Assembly: GCA_963804645.1 (NCBI GenBank)
Contig: CAWDRG010000015.1
Coordinates: 128,001 to 192,000, forward strand
Reading direction: 5' to 3'
Source: an uncultured Bacillota bacterium
GTDB lineage: Bacteria; Sysuimicrobiota; Sysuimicrobiia; Sysuimicrobiales; Segetimicrobiaceae
Length of the DNA: 64,000 nt
Positions 10,453 through 20,221 of this stretch are shown in pieces. Below the pieces are notes generated by a model. The model had not been told where the DNA came from. It searched no databases and saw only the letters and a list, made by a program, of their open reading frames with translations. The position numbers were made by a program, and so were the translations under genes. Positions within the stretch are counted from its first letter, which is position 1; each line of letters starts with the position of its first letter.

Positions 10453-10904
10453 CCCGATTCCTCCAGGTGATGATGATCTCGCTGCTCCCGTGGGTCGAGC
10501 TTCGCTTCGCGATCCCGTTCGGCATCACCAAGGGGCTGCACCCGGTGTTCGCCTGCCTGGCCGCGCTGGTGGCCACGTGGGCGATGATCATTCCGGTGTT
10601 TCTGTTCCTCGACATGTCGTATCACCGGTTCCTGACCCGCGTGCCCTGGATCCACTGGGGCATCGAGGAGGTGCGCCACCGCGGCCGCAGTTACGTGGAG
10701 CGCTGGGGCGTGCTCGGCGTCGGCATCTACGTCAGCCTGCCGATTCCGGGTCCGGGACTGTACTCCGGCGCGGTCCTGGCCTGGGTGTTCGGCCTGCCGC
10801 GCCGGCAGGCGATGCTCGCGCTTGCGCTCGGCACCTTCGTCAGCGCGATGCTCGTGACGATCATCAGCACCGGCGTGATCGCGCTGGTTCGACGCTTCGT
10901 CTGA
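10446..10904 (+). CDS. Small multi-drug export (COG2426-like) membrane protein
   Basis: SLLPWVELRFAIPFG and LPIPGPGLYSG motifs. Confidence 0.75.
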   Translation: MVTRFLQVMMISLLPWVELRFAIPFGITKGLHPVFACLAALVATWAMIIPVFLFLDMSYHRFLTRVPWIHWGIEEVRHRGRSYVERWGVLGVGIYVSLPIPGPGLYSGAVLAWVFGLPRRQAMLALALGTFVSAMLVTIISTGVIALVRRFV

Positions 10905-10959
10905 CCGCGCCGCGCACAGCCGGACCGCGCGGAGTCGCGCGAGAAGGGGGGAGCAGCCG

Positions 10960-11430
10960 ATGGAGACCCTGGGACACCATTACATCGTCGAAGGATCGGG
11001 CTGCAGCGGCGACGTGATCAGCCGGGTCGAGCAGGTGGAGCAGATCATGGTGCGGGCCGCCGAGGTCGCCAACACGCAGGTGTGGGCGATCTCGTTTCAC
11101 CGGTTCCAGCCGACCGGCGTCAGCGGGGTGGTGGTGATCTCCGAGTCCCACCTCTCCGTGCACACGTGGCCGGAGGCGGGCTACGTCGCGCTCGACATCT
11201 TCACGTGCGGCGACCGCGGGAAGCCGGAGGCCGCGGTGCAGTACGCGCTGAAGGCGTTCGGGGCGACGAACATGCACATCACGGAAGTCACCCGCGGGCT
11301 CGACGAGGGTGACAAGGTCTATTTCCACAGCATGATCACCTGGGAAGAGAACCTGCCGGACAACGTACTCAATCACCGGCCGCGGCGGCGCCGCAGCGCG
11401 ACCCGACGGCGGAAGTCGCTCGCGACGTGA
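10960..11430 (+). CDS. speD: Pyruvoyl-dependent S-adenosylmethionine decarboxylase proenzyme
   Basis: F.PTGVSGVVVISESHLSVHTWPE.GY.ALDIFTCG with the ES cleavage site. Confidence 0.85.
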   Translation: METLGHHYIVEGSGCSGDVISRVEQVEQIMVRAAEVANTQVWAISFHRFQPTGVSGVVVISESHLSVHTWPEAGYVALDIFTCGDRGKPEAAVQYALKAFGATNMHITEVTRGLDEGDKVYFHSMITWEENLPDNVLNHRPRRRRSATRRRKSLAT

Positions 11431-11434
11431 CCCG

Positions 11435-11707
11435 CTAGAAGCCGTACGAGATTGAGAACAGCAGTTGGATCACGAGCCGTCCGACGAACTGCACCAGCAG
11501 CAGCGCGATGATCGGGGAGAGGTCGAAACCGCTGAGCGGCGGAATGACCCGCCGGATCGGCTCAAGGATCGGATCGGTGACGCGCATGATGAAGCGGATC
11601 ACCGGGTGCCCGAGATCGATGCCCGGAATCCACGACAGCACGGCCCGCACGATGATGAGCAGCGTCAACAACTGCACGATGTCGGAGACCAGGCCGATGA
11701 TAAGCAT
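11435..11707 (-). CDS. YggT family membrane protein
   Basis: RAVLSWIP..TDPILEPIRRVIPP..GFDLSPIIA. Confidence 0.85.
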   Translation of the reverse strand: MLIIGLVSDIVQLLTLLIIVRAVLSWIPGIDLGHPVIRFIMRVTDPILEPIRRVIPPLSGFDLSPIIALLLVQFVGRLVIQLLFSISYGF

Positions 11708-11770
11708 CGGGGGTATTGTAACACAGGTGCGGAGGCGGCTGCGTCCGACGCGGGACGGCCGGCTCATCCG

Positions 11771-12979
11771 GTGACGGAGCGCCTGTACTATGGCGATGCC
11801 TACCTCACGCGCTTTACGGCGCGCGTGGTCGAGGTCGTGCCGGCCGACTCCGGTCGGCCCGGGGGCGTGATCCTGGACCGCACCGCGTTCTACCCGACGT
11901 CCGGGGGGCAGCCGCACGACACCGGCCGGCTCGCGGGCGCGCGCGTGGCGGAGGTCGTGGACGCCGGCGAGACCGTCGTCCACGTGCTCGACGGCGCCGA
12001 TCCCGCCGGCGGCGTGGCCCCGGGCGGCGAGGTCGCCGCGGAGGTGGACTGGGAGCGCCGGTTCGATCACATGCAGCAGCACACGGCGCAGCATCTCCTC
12101 TCCGCGGTCTTCCTGGACCTCCTCGGCGCCGGCACCGCGTCGGTGCATCTCGGCGACTCGTGCACCATCGATCTCGACACGCCGTCGCTCGATGCCGAAC
12201 AGGCCGGCCGCGTCGCGGATGCGGCGAACCGCGCCGTGTTCGAGGCTCGGCCGGTGACGATCCGCTACGTGGATGCGGCGGAGGCGGACGCGCTCGGGCT
12301 GCGGCGCCCGCCCCGACGGGAGGGGCTGCTGCGGGTCATCGAGATCGAAGGGCTCGACCGGTCGGCGTGCGGCGGCACCCATGTGCGCAGTACCGCCGAG
12401 CTGGGCCCGGTGCTGATCCGGCGGTGGGAGCGGAGCCGCGGGCGGCTGCGCGTCGAATTCCTGGCGGGCTGGCGCGCGGTGCGCGACTACGAATGGAAGC
12501 ACGCGCTCGTCGGCGAGTGGAGCGCGAAGCTGACGGTGCGCGACCGGGAGTTGGGCGCCGCCCTCGACCGGATCGTCGAGGACAGCCGGGCGCGCGAGCG
12601 CGCCCTGGGGGACGCGGAGAAGCGGCTGCTGCGGTACGAGGCGGCGGAGCACCTCGCGGCGCACGCGGCTCAGCCGGGACGGGGTGTCCTCCGCCTGCTC
12701 TTCCCCGAGCGCGACATCGACGAGGTCCGCGCGCTGCTCCGGGAGATCATCGGGACGGCGCCGGTGGTGGTCCTCGCGGGGGTCGCCGCCACGGGCCGGC
12801 TCTGCTTCGCCCGCGCGGCCGGGGATGGCCCGGATCTCGCGGCGGTGCTCACGCGGGCCTGCCGCGCGGTGGGTGGGCGCGGCGGCGGGACCGCTGAGTT
12901 TGCGCAGGGTGCGGTGCCGTCGGCCGACGCGGTCGCCTCCGCCCTCGACGCGGCCGAGCGGGAGGTCGCCGGTGCCTGA
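11771..12979 (+). CDS. Alanyl-tRNA editing protein (AlaX-like) with C-terminal DHHA1-like domain
   Basis: TERLYY.D.Y, LDRTAFYPTSGGQPHDTG, HMQQHTAQH, CGGTH, GGRGGG. Confidence 0.85.
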   Translation: MTERLYYGDAYLTRFTARVVEVVPADSGRPGGVILDRTAFYPTSGGQPHDTGRLAGARVAEVVDAGETVVHVLDGADPAGGVAPGGEVAAEVDWERRFDHMQQHTAQHLLSAVFLDLLGAGTASVHLGDSCTIDLDTPSLDAEQAGRVADAANRAVFEARPVTIRYVDAAEADALGLRRPPRREGLLRVIEIEGLDRSACGGTHVRSTAELGPVLIRRWERSRGRLRVEFLAGWRAVRDYEWKHALVGEWSAKLTVRDRELGAALDRIVEDSRARERALGDAEKRLLRYEAAEHLAAHAAQPGRGVLRLLFPERDIDEVRALLREIIGTAPVVVLAGVAATGRLCFARAAGDGPDLAAVLTRACRAVGGRGGGTAEFAQGAVPSADAVASALDAAEREVAGA

Positions 12980-13766
12980 GCTGCCTGAGGTCGAAACGGC
13001 CCGCCGCAGCCTGGTCCGGGCCGCCTCGGGGAAGACCATCGAGCGGGCCATCGTCCGCCGGCCCATCGCGGTGCGCACGCACACGGCGACCGCGTTCGCC
13101 CGCGCGCTGCGCGGAGCGGTCGTCGAGGACGTGGCCCGGCACGGGAAGCGGCTCTGGTTTCTCTTGGGACCGCGCGTGCTGGTGTTCCACTACAAGCTGT
13201 GGGGCGTCGTGCGCCACCACGCGCAGGTGCCGGAGCCGGACAAGGGCACGGCCCTGCTGATCGGCTTCACCGACGGGACGGCGCTCGAGTTTCGCGAGCT
13301 GCAGCTGAGCTCGTTTCATCTCACGCGGCCCGGGGCCGGCGCCTCGCTCGACGACCTCGGTCTCGAGCCGCTCGCGCCCACGACGACGTTCGACGTGTTC
13401 CGCCGGGCGCTCAGCCCGAAGGCCGCGGTCAAGGATGCCCTGTGCGACCAGGCGCGAATCGCCGGCATCGGCAACCTCTGGGCGCATGAGATCCTTTTCC
13501 GCGCCCGGCTCCGGCCGGACCGCAGGGTCGAGTCGCTGACCGCGGCCGAGGCACGCGCGCTCTACCGGATGACGCGCGAGACGCTGCGGCAGGCCGTCGA
13601 GGCCGGCGGGGAGCCCGACTTTCGCGACGCGTTCGGGCGCGAAGGGCGCTACCGCCTCGCGGTCTACGGGCGCGCGGGACAGCCCTGCCCGGTGTGCGGC
13701 GGCAAGATCCGAGGCGGGCGGCTGCACGGCCGGCCGACGTTCTTCTGTCCGGTCTGCCAGCGGTGA
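12972..13766 (+). CDS. Fpg/Nei family DNA glycosylase
   Basis: N-terminal PELPEVE, RHGK, DQ..IAGIGN (H2TH), C-terminal zinc finger CPVC...RPTFFCPVCQ. Confidence 0.9.
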   Translation: MPELPEVETARRSLVRAASGKTIERAIVRRPIAVRTHTATAFARALRGAVVEDVARHGKRLWFLLGPRVLVFHYKLWGVVRHHAQVPEPDKGTALLIGFTDGTALEFRELQLSSFHLTRPGAGASLDDLGLEPLAPTTTFDVFRRALSPKAAVKDALCDQARIAGIGNLWAHEILFRARLRPDRRVESLTAAEARALYRMTRETLRQAVEAGGEPDFRDAFGREGRYRLAVYGRAGQPCPVCGGKIRGGRLHGRPTFFCPVCQR

Positions 13767-14980
13767 CGGGTCAGCGGGACGCCGCCACGACGTCGGCGGA
13801 CGGGCCCGCGGTGGATCCGGAGTTCATCACCGAACTCCTCGCGTCGCTCGTTCGGATTCCGTCCGTGAATCCAGCGCTGGTGCCCGGCGGCGCGGGCGAA
13901 GGTGCGATTGCCCGGCACCTCGCGGAGGTCTGCCGCGGCCTGGGGTTGGGCGTTACGGTGGAGAACGCGGCGCCGGGGCGGCCCAACGTGACGGCGCTGC
14001 TCCGGGGCGTCGATCCGGCGCGCGGCCGCCGCCTGCTGCTGAACGGCCACACCGACACCGTCGGGCCCGCGGGCATGCGGGCGCCGTTTGTCCCGGAGAT
14101 GCGCGGCGCGCGCCTGTACGGCCGCGGCGCCGTCGACATGAAGGCCGGGCTCGCGGCGATGATCGCGGCGGTTGCCGCGCTCCGCGCGGCCGGACGCGTG
14201 CCGGCGGGAGATGTGATGCTGACGTTCGCCGCCGACGAAGAACACCTCAGCGTCGGGACCGCGGCGCTCGCGGGGCGGCTCCACGCCGACGGCGCGATCG
14301 TGACCGAACCCACCGGGCTGGACATCTGCATCGCCCACAAGGGGTTTCTGTGGGCTACGATCCGGACCCAGGGCCGCGCCGCCCACGGCAGCGACCATGC
14401 CAGCGGGGTCGACGCCATCGCGCGGATGGGCCGCGTGCTCGAGGCGCTGGAACGGCTGGAGCGCGACGTGCTCCCGCGCCGCTCGCATCCGCTGCTCGGC
14501 CGCGCGTCGCTGCACGCATCGATGATCCGGGGCGGCGAAGGCCTCTCCACCTACCCGGCCGCCTGCGAGCTCCAGCTGGAGCGCCGGACCCTCCCGGATG
14601 AAACCGACGCGGCCGTGCGGGCGGAGTGCGAGGCGCTGCTGCAGCGGCTGCGCGACGACGACGCGACGTTTCGAGCGTCCCTGGAGGTGACCGGCGCGCG
14701 GCCGGGCCTGGAAGTCGACCGGAACGCGGCCGTGGTGACCGCGCTGTCCGAGGCGTACGCCGCGGTGCGCGGGGAGGCTCCCGCGCTGACCGGCGCGGCG
14801 TACTGGACCGACGCGGCGCTGCTCGCCGGCGCGGGCATTCCCACCGTGCTGTTCGGGCCGACCGGCGCCGGGATGCACGCGGATGAGGAGTACGTCGAGC
14901 TGCCGTCCGTCGTCACCTGCGCGCAGGTGCTGGTCGGCACGATCGAGCGATTCTGCGGCAGCGGCGCGACAGGTCGGTAG
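13763..14980 (+). CDS. M20 family ArgE/DapE-like deacylase
   Basis: LLNGHTDTV, GRGAVDMK, DEE, TEPT, GRAAHGS, FGP.G.GMH..EE. Confidence 0.85.
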   Translation: MTGQRDAATTSADGPAVDPEFITELLASLVRIPSVNPALVPGGAGEGAIARHLAEVCRGLGLGVTVENAAPGRPNVTALLRGVDPARGRRLLLNGHTDTVGPAGMRAPFVPEMRGARLYGRGAVDMKAGLAAMIAAVAALRAAGRVPAGDVMLTFAADEEHLSVGTAALAGRLHADGAIVTEPTGLDICIAHKGFLWATIRTQGRAAHGSDHASGVDAIARMGRVLEALERLERDVLPRRSHPLLGRASLHASMIRGGEGLSTYPAACELQLERRTLPDETDAAVRAECEALLQRLRDDDATFRASLEVTGARPGLEVDRNAAVVTALSEAYAAVRGEAPALTGAAYWTDAALLAGAGIPTVLFGPTGAGMHADEEYVELPSVVTCAQVLVGTIERFCGSGATGR

Positions 14981-14992
14981 GGCGGCCCCGCC

Positions 14993-15778
14993 GTGCGCAT
15001 CCTCACGTTCCTGTCGGACTTCGGCGGCCGGTCGCCCTACCCGGCGGCGATGAAGGGCGCCGCCGCGTCCGTCGTGTCCTGTGCCGTCTCGTTCGTCGAC
15101 ATCTCGCACGACGTGCCGGCGCGCGACATCCGCACGGGCGCGTATTTCCTCTGGTCGGCGGCGCCGGCCTTTCCCGCGGGCACGGTGCACTGCGCGGTCG
15201 TCGATCCCGGCGTCGGAACCGCGCGCGTGCCCCTCGCGGTCTTGTCCGGGGGACAGTGGTTCGTCGGGCCGGACAACGGCCTGTTGATGCCGGCGGCCCA
15301 CCGCCTCGGGGTGCCGATGGCGGTGCGCCTCGCCGAGCCGAGCGAGGCACGCGCGTCCGAGACGTTTCACGGGCGGGACGTGTTCGCACCGGCCGCGGCC
15401 CGGCTCGCGTGCGCAGTCCCGATCGAATCGCTGGGAACCCCGGCCGCGGCCGTGGTCGACGCGGAGTTTTCGCCCGGCCGGCGCGCCGGCGGCGTCCTCG
15501 AGGGCGAGGTCCTGTGGGTCGATCCGTTCGGAAACGTGGTCACCACCATTCCGGGCGCGCTGCTGCGCGACGAGGCGCTCGCGTCGGAGTGGCTTGTCGA
15601 GGCCGGCGACGCGGAGCTGCGTGCGGTGGCCGCGCGCACGTTCGGAGACGTGCGCCCCGGCCACGCGGTCGTGCTGGTGGGCAGCGACGGCGTGGTGGAA
15701 GTGGTGGTCAACTGCGGAAGCGCCGCCGCCGCGATGGGCGCGGCGCCCGGCGCGGCGGTGCGGCTCCGGCCGGCCTGA
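14993..15778 (+). CDS. SAM hydrolase / SAM-dependent halogenase family (DUF62)
   Basis: TFLSDFG, DISH, VVDPGVGT, GPDNG, SETFHGRDVFAP, VDPFGN. Confidence 0.85.
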   Translation: MRILTFLSDFGGRSPYPAAMKGAAASVVSCAVSFVDISHDVPARDIRTGAYFLWSAAPAFPAGTVHCAVVDPGVGTARVPLAVLSGGQWFVGPDNGLLMPAAHRLGVPMAVRLAEPSEARASETFHGRDVFAPAAARLACAVPIESLGTPAAAVVDAEFSPGRRAGGVLEGEVLWVDPFGNVVTTIPGALLRDEALASEWLVEAGDAELRAVAARTFGDVRPGHAVVLVGSDGVVEVVVNCGSAAAAMGAAPGAAVRLRPA

Positions 15779-15802
15779 ACCGGCGCCTCTCTCGCCGGAC
15801 CC

Positions 15803-15829
15803 CCATCTGCCGGGCGGTTCGGGACGAAG
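15803..15829 (+). promoter_or_regulatory. Possible SigK-like autoregulatory ECF promoter
   Basis: CCATCT-N15-ACGAAG about 100 bp upstream of the sigma gene; resembles the actinobacterial SigK motif as recalled (CCATCC-N15-CCGAA). Confidence 0.3.
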
Positions 15830-15927
15830 TATGGAGACGAGGGAGGCGGTGCCATGGGGACGCAGTCACAGGAGACCGCGCGGTCGGCGTGCAATCCTCC
15901 GACCGACACGGTCAACGCGAGGTGGCG

Positions 15928-16494
15928 ATGGCGGGCGCGAGCACACACGGGGACGATGACGGGGCACTGCTCGAGCGCATCGCGCAGTCCGACGCCGATG
16001 CGTTTGAAGTTTTGTACGATCGCTACAGCGGGGCGGTGTACTCGGTGACACGCGGCATGCTGCAGGATTCGCAGGCGGCGCAGGAAGTGACCCAGGACGT
16101 GTTCCTCGGGATCTGGCGCGGCGCGCACGCGTTCGACCCCCAGCGGGGGAGCCCCCGGGCGTGGATTCTGTCGCTCGCGCATCATAAGAGCGTCGACGTG
16201 CTGCGGCGGGTCCGGTACACCGTCGTGCCCCTGTCCGAAACGATCGTCGATGATTCCGACGTGGTCGCGGAGACGCTGCGGAAGGTCGAGGGCGTGCGTG
16301 TGCAGACCGCGCTGTCCTCCCTCACGATCGAGCAGCGGACGGCGCTCGTGCTCGCCTACTACGGAGGGTACACCCAGCGGGAGATCGCACAGAAGACCGG
16401 CACGCCGCTCGGCACGATTAAGACGCGGATGCGGGACGGGCTGCTGCGACTGCGCGCGGTGTTGGAGCCAGACCTGCAGGAGATCGGACCATGA
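15928..16494 (+). CDS. ECF sigma factor (SigK-like)
   Basis: AFEVLYDRY, AQEVTQDVFLGIW, FDPQRGS, LAYYGGYTQREIA, PLGTIKTRMRDGL. Confidence 0.9.
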   Translation: MAGASTHGDDDGALLERIAQSDADAFEVLYDRYSGAVYSVTRGMLQDSQAAQEVTQDVFLGIWRGAHAFDPQRGSPRAWILSLAHHKSVDVLRRVRYTVVPLSETIVDDSDVVAETLRKVEGVRVQTALSSLTIEQRTALVLAYYGGYTQREIAQKTGTPLGTIKTRMRDGLLRLRAVLEPDLQEIGP

Positions 16495-17429
16495 CGCACG
16501 CGGACGCCCAGGAACTGATCGCCGCGTACGTCATCAGCGGGCTCGAGCCCGACGAGCAGCGCGCCCTTGAGGCACATCTCGACGGGTGTGCGGAGTGCCG
16601 TCAGGAGCTCGCGCGGCTGCTCGAGGTCAGCGCCGCGATGGCGGCGGGGTTGCCGCAGACGCCGCCGCCCGCGGCGCTGCGGGAGGCGGTGATGGCGGCG
16701 GTGCGGCCGGTTCCGGCCCGGCGTCCCGCCGCGGTCTGGTTCGCGGTCGCCGCGCTCGGCGTGATTGCCGGGGCGATGGTGCAGTTGGCCGGACGGCTGT
16801 CCCTCCTCCTTCCCACCGACTTCGATCGGGCGACGCGGCTCGCGGCGCTGCTCGTCGCGGTGGTGGTGTTCGGGGTGGTCGTCGCGGTCGTGGCGCGTCT
16901 GTTCCAGCTCGTGACGACCGCGTCGTCGGGACGGCTGCAGGCGGTGCCGGCGGCGCGTCCCACGCCGCTGTGGCTCGCGGTGGGGACGGTGATCATCGTG
17001 CTGCTCGGCGCGCAGGTCCTCCTGGTCCAGCGGCAGAACGCGGGGCTTTCCGCCGAGCTCGATCAGCAGTCGCGGCTGCTCGCGATGCTCACGAGCCCGA
17101 CGTCGACGACGATCGCCCTGACCGGATCGGCCCCCGGCTCGGTGCGCCTCGTGGTCAACGTGAAGGTGCACGAGGGTGTGCTGATCGCGAACGGGCTCGC
17201 GTCGCCGACGGCGGGGTCCGTCTACCAGCTGTGGCTGCTCGGCGGGCCGAAGCCCGAGAGCGGCGCGGTGTTCTCGGCGGGGCCGCAGGGGACGACGATT
17301 ACCGTGTTGGGCGCGGATTTCTCGCGCTACCGCGCCGTGGCGATCACCGTCGAACCGGGGCCGCGGGGCTCGCCGCAGCCGACGACCACCCCGATCTTGA
17401 CCGGGAGGCTCCCCGGCGGCAGCGCCTAA
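16491..17429 (+). CDS. Anti-sigma-K (RskA-like) with N-terminal zf-HC2
   Basis: EAHLDGCAEC, PPPAALR, YQLWLL...PES, AITVEP..GSPQPT. ATGA-coupled to the sigma gene. Confidence 0.85.
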   Translation: MTHADAQELIAAYVISGLEPDEQRALEAHLDGCAECRQELARLLEVSAAMAAGLPQTPPPAALREAVMAAVRPVPARRPAAVWFAVAALGVIAGAMVQLAGRLSLLLPTDFDRATRLAALLVAVVVFGVVVAVVARLFQLVTTASSGRLQAVPAARPTPLWLAVGTVIIVLLGAQVLLVQRQNAGLSAELDQQSRLLAMLTSPTSTTIALTGSAPGSVRLVVNVKVHEGVLIANGLASPTAGSVYQLWLLGGPKPESGAVFSAGPQGTTITVLGADFSRYRAVAITVEPGPRGSPQPTTTPILTGRLPGGSA

Positions 17430-17507
17430 CAGGACGTGGGCGGGTCGTCGTGGAACTTCATGAGACTTTCCGGCGCTTGGTCCAGTATCCGTGGACGGGA
17501 GGGTCGC

Positions 17508-18863
17508 ATGAAGCTTCGAGCGCTCGCCGCGGCACTGATCGGCTTGCTCGTCGTACTGGTGGGGCCCGGCATTCCCGGGGCGGAGGCTGCGGACGCCCAG
17601 TTCGTGATCAGCGCCGTCCGCACGCTGGAGGCGCACTACGTCGATCCGCTGGGGACCCCGACGCTGCTCAACGCCGCCCTCGAGAGCCTTCAGACGCAGT
17701 TCCACGTGGAGCCGTTGGGCGGACCGATTCCCGACGGTGCGAGCGCGGCGGACGCCAGCCGCCTGTTCACGCAGCGCTTTGATGAGATCGCGAGCCAGGA
17801 GGGCGGTCGGGCGAGTGCCACCCAGCTCGCGTACGCGGCGGTGTCCGGCATGCTCGCCAGCCTGCACGATTCGCACACGGCCTTCATCCCGCCGGCCGCG
17901 TATCAGGAGCAGCAGCGCCGCGAGGACGGCGCCGCGGCGTTCGTCGGCATCGGGATCGAAACGCTCTACCGCGACGGTCAGGTCTACGTCGACGAAGTGT
18001 ACCCCGAGAGCCCCGCGGAGACGGCCGGCGTCCAGCCGTTTGACCGGATCGTCGCGGTGGACGGCCAGACCGTCGCCGCCATGGATGACGGCGGCGTGAG
18101 CGCGACGATCCGCGGCGCGGACGGCACCCCGGTCGTGCTGACCGTGATGCGGGCGGGGCAGGCCGCTTCGGTCGACATCCGCATCATGCGTGCGCCGATC
18201 CGCGTGCCCCGCGTGTCGAGCCGCCTGCTCGACGGCGGCATCGGGTACGTCAGGATTTACGAGTTCGTCCCCGGCACGGGCGGGGCGTTCCGCAACGCCA
18301 TCTTCGGCCTGCGGCGGCAGGGCATGCGCGCAATGGTGCTCGATCTCCGCGGCAATCCCGGCGGGTTGGTGGACGAACTGCGCGATGTCTCGGCGGCGAT
18401 CCTGCCGCAGCGCTCACCGATCGTCAAGATGCGCACCCGGTCGGGACGGGAAGAGATGCTCGATACGTCGGATCCGCCGATCGTGCCCGCGGACACGCCG
18501 ATCGCGGTGCTGGTGGACGAGGACACGGGATCGGCGGCAGAGCTGCTGTCCGCCGCGCTTCAGGAGCAGTCGCGCGCGGTGATTGTCGGAACACGGACGG
18601 CGGGCGCGGTCGAGATCGGCATCACCGTCCACCTGCCCGAGGGCGCCGGGATGGCGATCACGGTGGCCCGCGTGTGGAGCGGCAAGGGGACGCGGCTTGA
18701 GGGAAGCGGCGTCACCCCCGATGCCCTCGTCACCCTGACGACGGACGCGATGAATCTGGGGCACGACAGCCAGCTCGACAAGGCGGTCCAGGTCGTTCGG
18801 GACAAGCTGGCGGCCGCGAGTTGGACGCGTCCCGCGCCGTTGTGGGCCGCCCAGGCGGCCTAG
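17508..18863 (+). CDS. S41 family C-terminal processing peptidase with PDZ domain
   Basis: Signal peptide; GIGI, SPA..AGV, GIGYVRI, LDLRGNPGG, TGSAAE, GVTPD. Confidence 0.85.
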   Translation: MKLRALAAALIGLLVVLVGPGIPGAEAADAQFVISAVRTLEAHYVDPLGTPTLLNAALESLQTQFHVEPLGGPIPDGASAADASRLFTQRFDEIASQEGGRASATQLAYAAVSGMLASLHDSHTAFIPPAAYQEQQRREDGAAAFVGIGIETLYRDGQVYVDEVYPESPAETAGVQPFDRIVAVDGQTVAAMDDGGVSATIRGADGTPVVLTVMRAGQAASVDIRIMRAPIRVPRVSSRLLDGGIGYVRIYEFVPGTGGAFRNAIFGLRRQGMRAMVLDLRGNPGGLVDELRDVSAAILPQRSPIVKMRTRSGREEMLDTSDPPIVPADTPIAVLVDEDTGSAAELLSAALQEQSRAVIVGTRTAGAVEIGITVHLPEGAGMAITVARVWSGKGTRLEGSGVTPDALVTLTTDAMNLGHDSQLDKAVQVVRDKLAAASWTRPAPLWAAQAA

Positions 18864-18926
18864 CCTGGTCCTCGTGCGTGGTGCGGGAAGGGCGCGGGCG
18901 GTCCCGCGCGCCGGTGTGCGCGGCCT

Positions 18927-19523
18927 GTGACGGCGGCGTTCGAATGTGAGGTCCGGTTCCTCATCCCCGACATCACCGCGTTTCAAGCGCGCCTGGCCGC
19001 GCTCGGGGCGCACGGCATGGAGCGCTACGCGTTTACCGATCATTACTTTCACCCCCGGGAAGGCGCATGGAATCCGCGGACGCACGCGCTGCGCGTGCGC
19101 GAGTGGCGTGAGCCGGCCCGTTCGAGCGAGCTCCTGCTCACCCACATCGAAGCTGTCAGCGTAGACGGGCTGGCGTGCAAGCGGTCGCGCCTGCCTCAGG
19201 GGAAGCTGCGGCTGCACGAGGGATCGATCGACGAGTGCGCCGGTGTCTGCCGTGCGCTCGGCTTCGTCCCGTGGCTCGATGTGGTGAAGACCGACTGCGC
19301 GATCTGCGACCTCCCCGGGTTGGGCAGGGCGATCTATGAGCATGTGGACGGGCTCGGGTGGACGAGCGAAATCGAGGTCGACGGCACCGACGCGGCCGCC
19401 GCGCTCGCGCACATCGGCGTGAAGCTGGCCGCGCTCGGGGTGCCCGTCGGGGCGGTGACCGACACGCCGATGGCGGTCCTCGTCGCGGAACGGATCGGGC
19501 TGCTGCCGTCCCCCCCGCCGTAA
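18927..19523 (+). CDS. CYTH / triphosphate tunnel metalloenzyme-like protein
   Basis: N-terminal ECEVRF (ExExK-like), D.YF, LRVR, LG...EIE. Confidence 0.6.
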   Translation: MTAAFECEVRFLIPDITAFQARLAALGAHGMERYAFTDHYFHPREGAWNPRTHALRVREWREPARSSELLLTHIEAVSVDGLACKRSRLPQGKLRLHEGSIDECAGVCRALGFVPWLDVVKTDCAICDLPGLGRAIYEHVDGLGWTSEIEVDGTDAAAALAHIGVKLAALGVPVGAVTDTPMAVLVAERIGLLPSPPP

Positions 19524-19636
19524 CGTCCGGCGGTCCGGCCGGCGCCGTCTGCGGGAGTATACTGAGGGGTGGTGCCGGCTTCACGAGACGCGCCGCGAGT
19601 TGAGTCGCGGCGGTCGGCGCCATCGGAGGAGTGGGA

Positions 19637-20221
19637 ATGCGCGCCCTCGGCATCGCGGTCTTGATCGTGGTTGTGCTCGGGCTGGTGGTCTACTCGTCGG
19701 TGGCCGGGACGTACAACCGGCTCGTCCAGGCCAATCAGCAGGTCAGCGCGGCACAGGCCGACGTGGAGACGCAGCTCCAGCGTCGGTTCGACCTGATCCC
19801 GAACTTGGTCGAGTCGACCAAGGCGGTGCTGTCGCAGGAGCGCGCCGTGTTCGGGGCGATCGCCGAGGCACGCACGCACTACGCGGGCACGCAGCCGGGC
19901 TCCCCGGCGCGCGTCGACGCCGCGAACCAATACGAGGGCGCGATCGCCCGCCTGCTCGTCGTCGTCGAAAACTACCCCGTATTGCGCAGCAACGAGACGG
20001 TCCAGTCGCTGATGCAGCAGCTCGCCTCGACCGAGAACCAGATCGCGTACGCGCGCCGCAACTACAACCAGGCCGTGCAGGCGTACGATACGATGCTGCA
20101 GTCGTTTCCGACCGTGCTGTTCGCGCGGACGCTCGGGTTCCAGCCGCGTCCGTACTTCGAAGCGCAACCCGGGTCCGAGCAGGCGCCGCGCGTCGATCTC
20201 ACCCTTCCCACGAAGCCTTGA
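19637..20221 (+). CDS. lemA: LemA family protein
   Basis: YNRLV, QLQRRFDLIPNLV, ENYP.LRSN, TENQIAYARRNYN, FP. Confidence 0.9.
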   Translation: MRALGIAVLIVVVLGLVVYSSVAGTYNRLVQANQQVSAAQADVETQLQRRFDLIPNLVESTKAVLSQERAVFGAIAEARTHYAGTQPGSPARVDAANQYEGAIARLLVVVENYPVLRSNETVQSLMQQLASTENQIAYARRNYNQAVQAYDTMLQSFPTVLFARTLGFQPRPYFEAQPGSEQAPRVDLTLPTKP

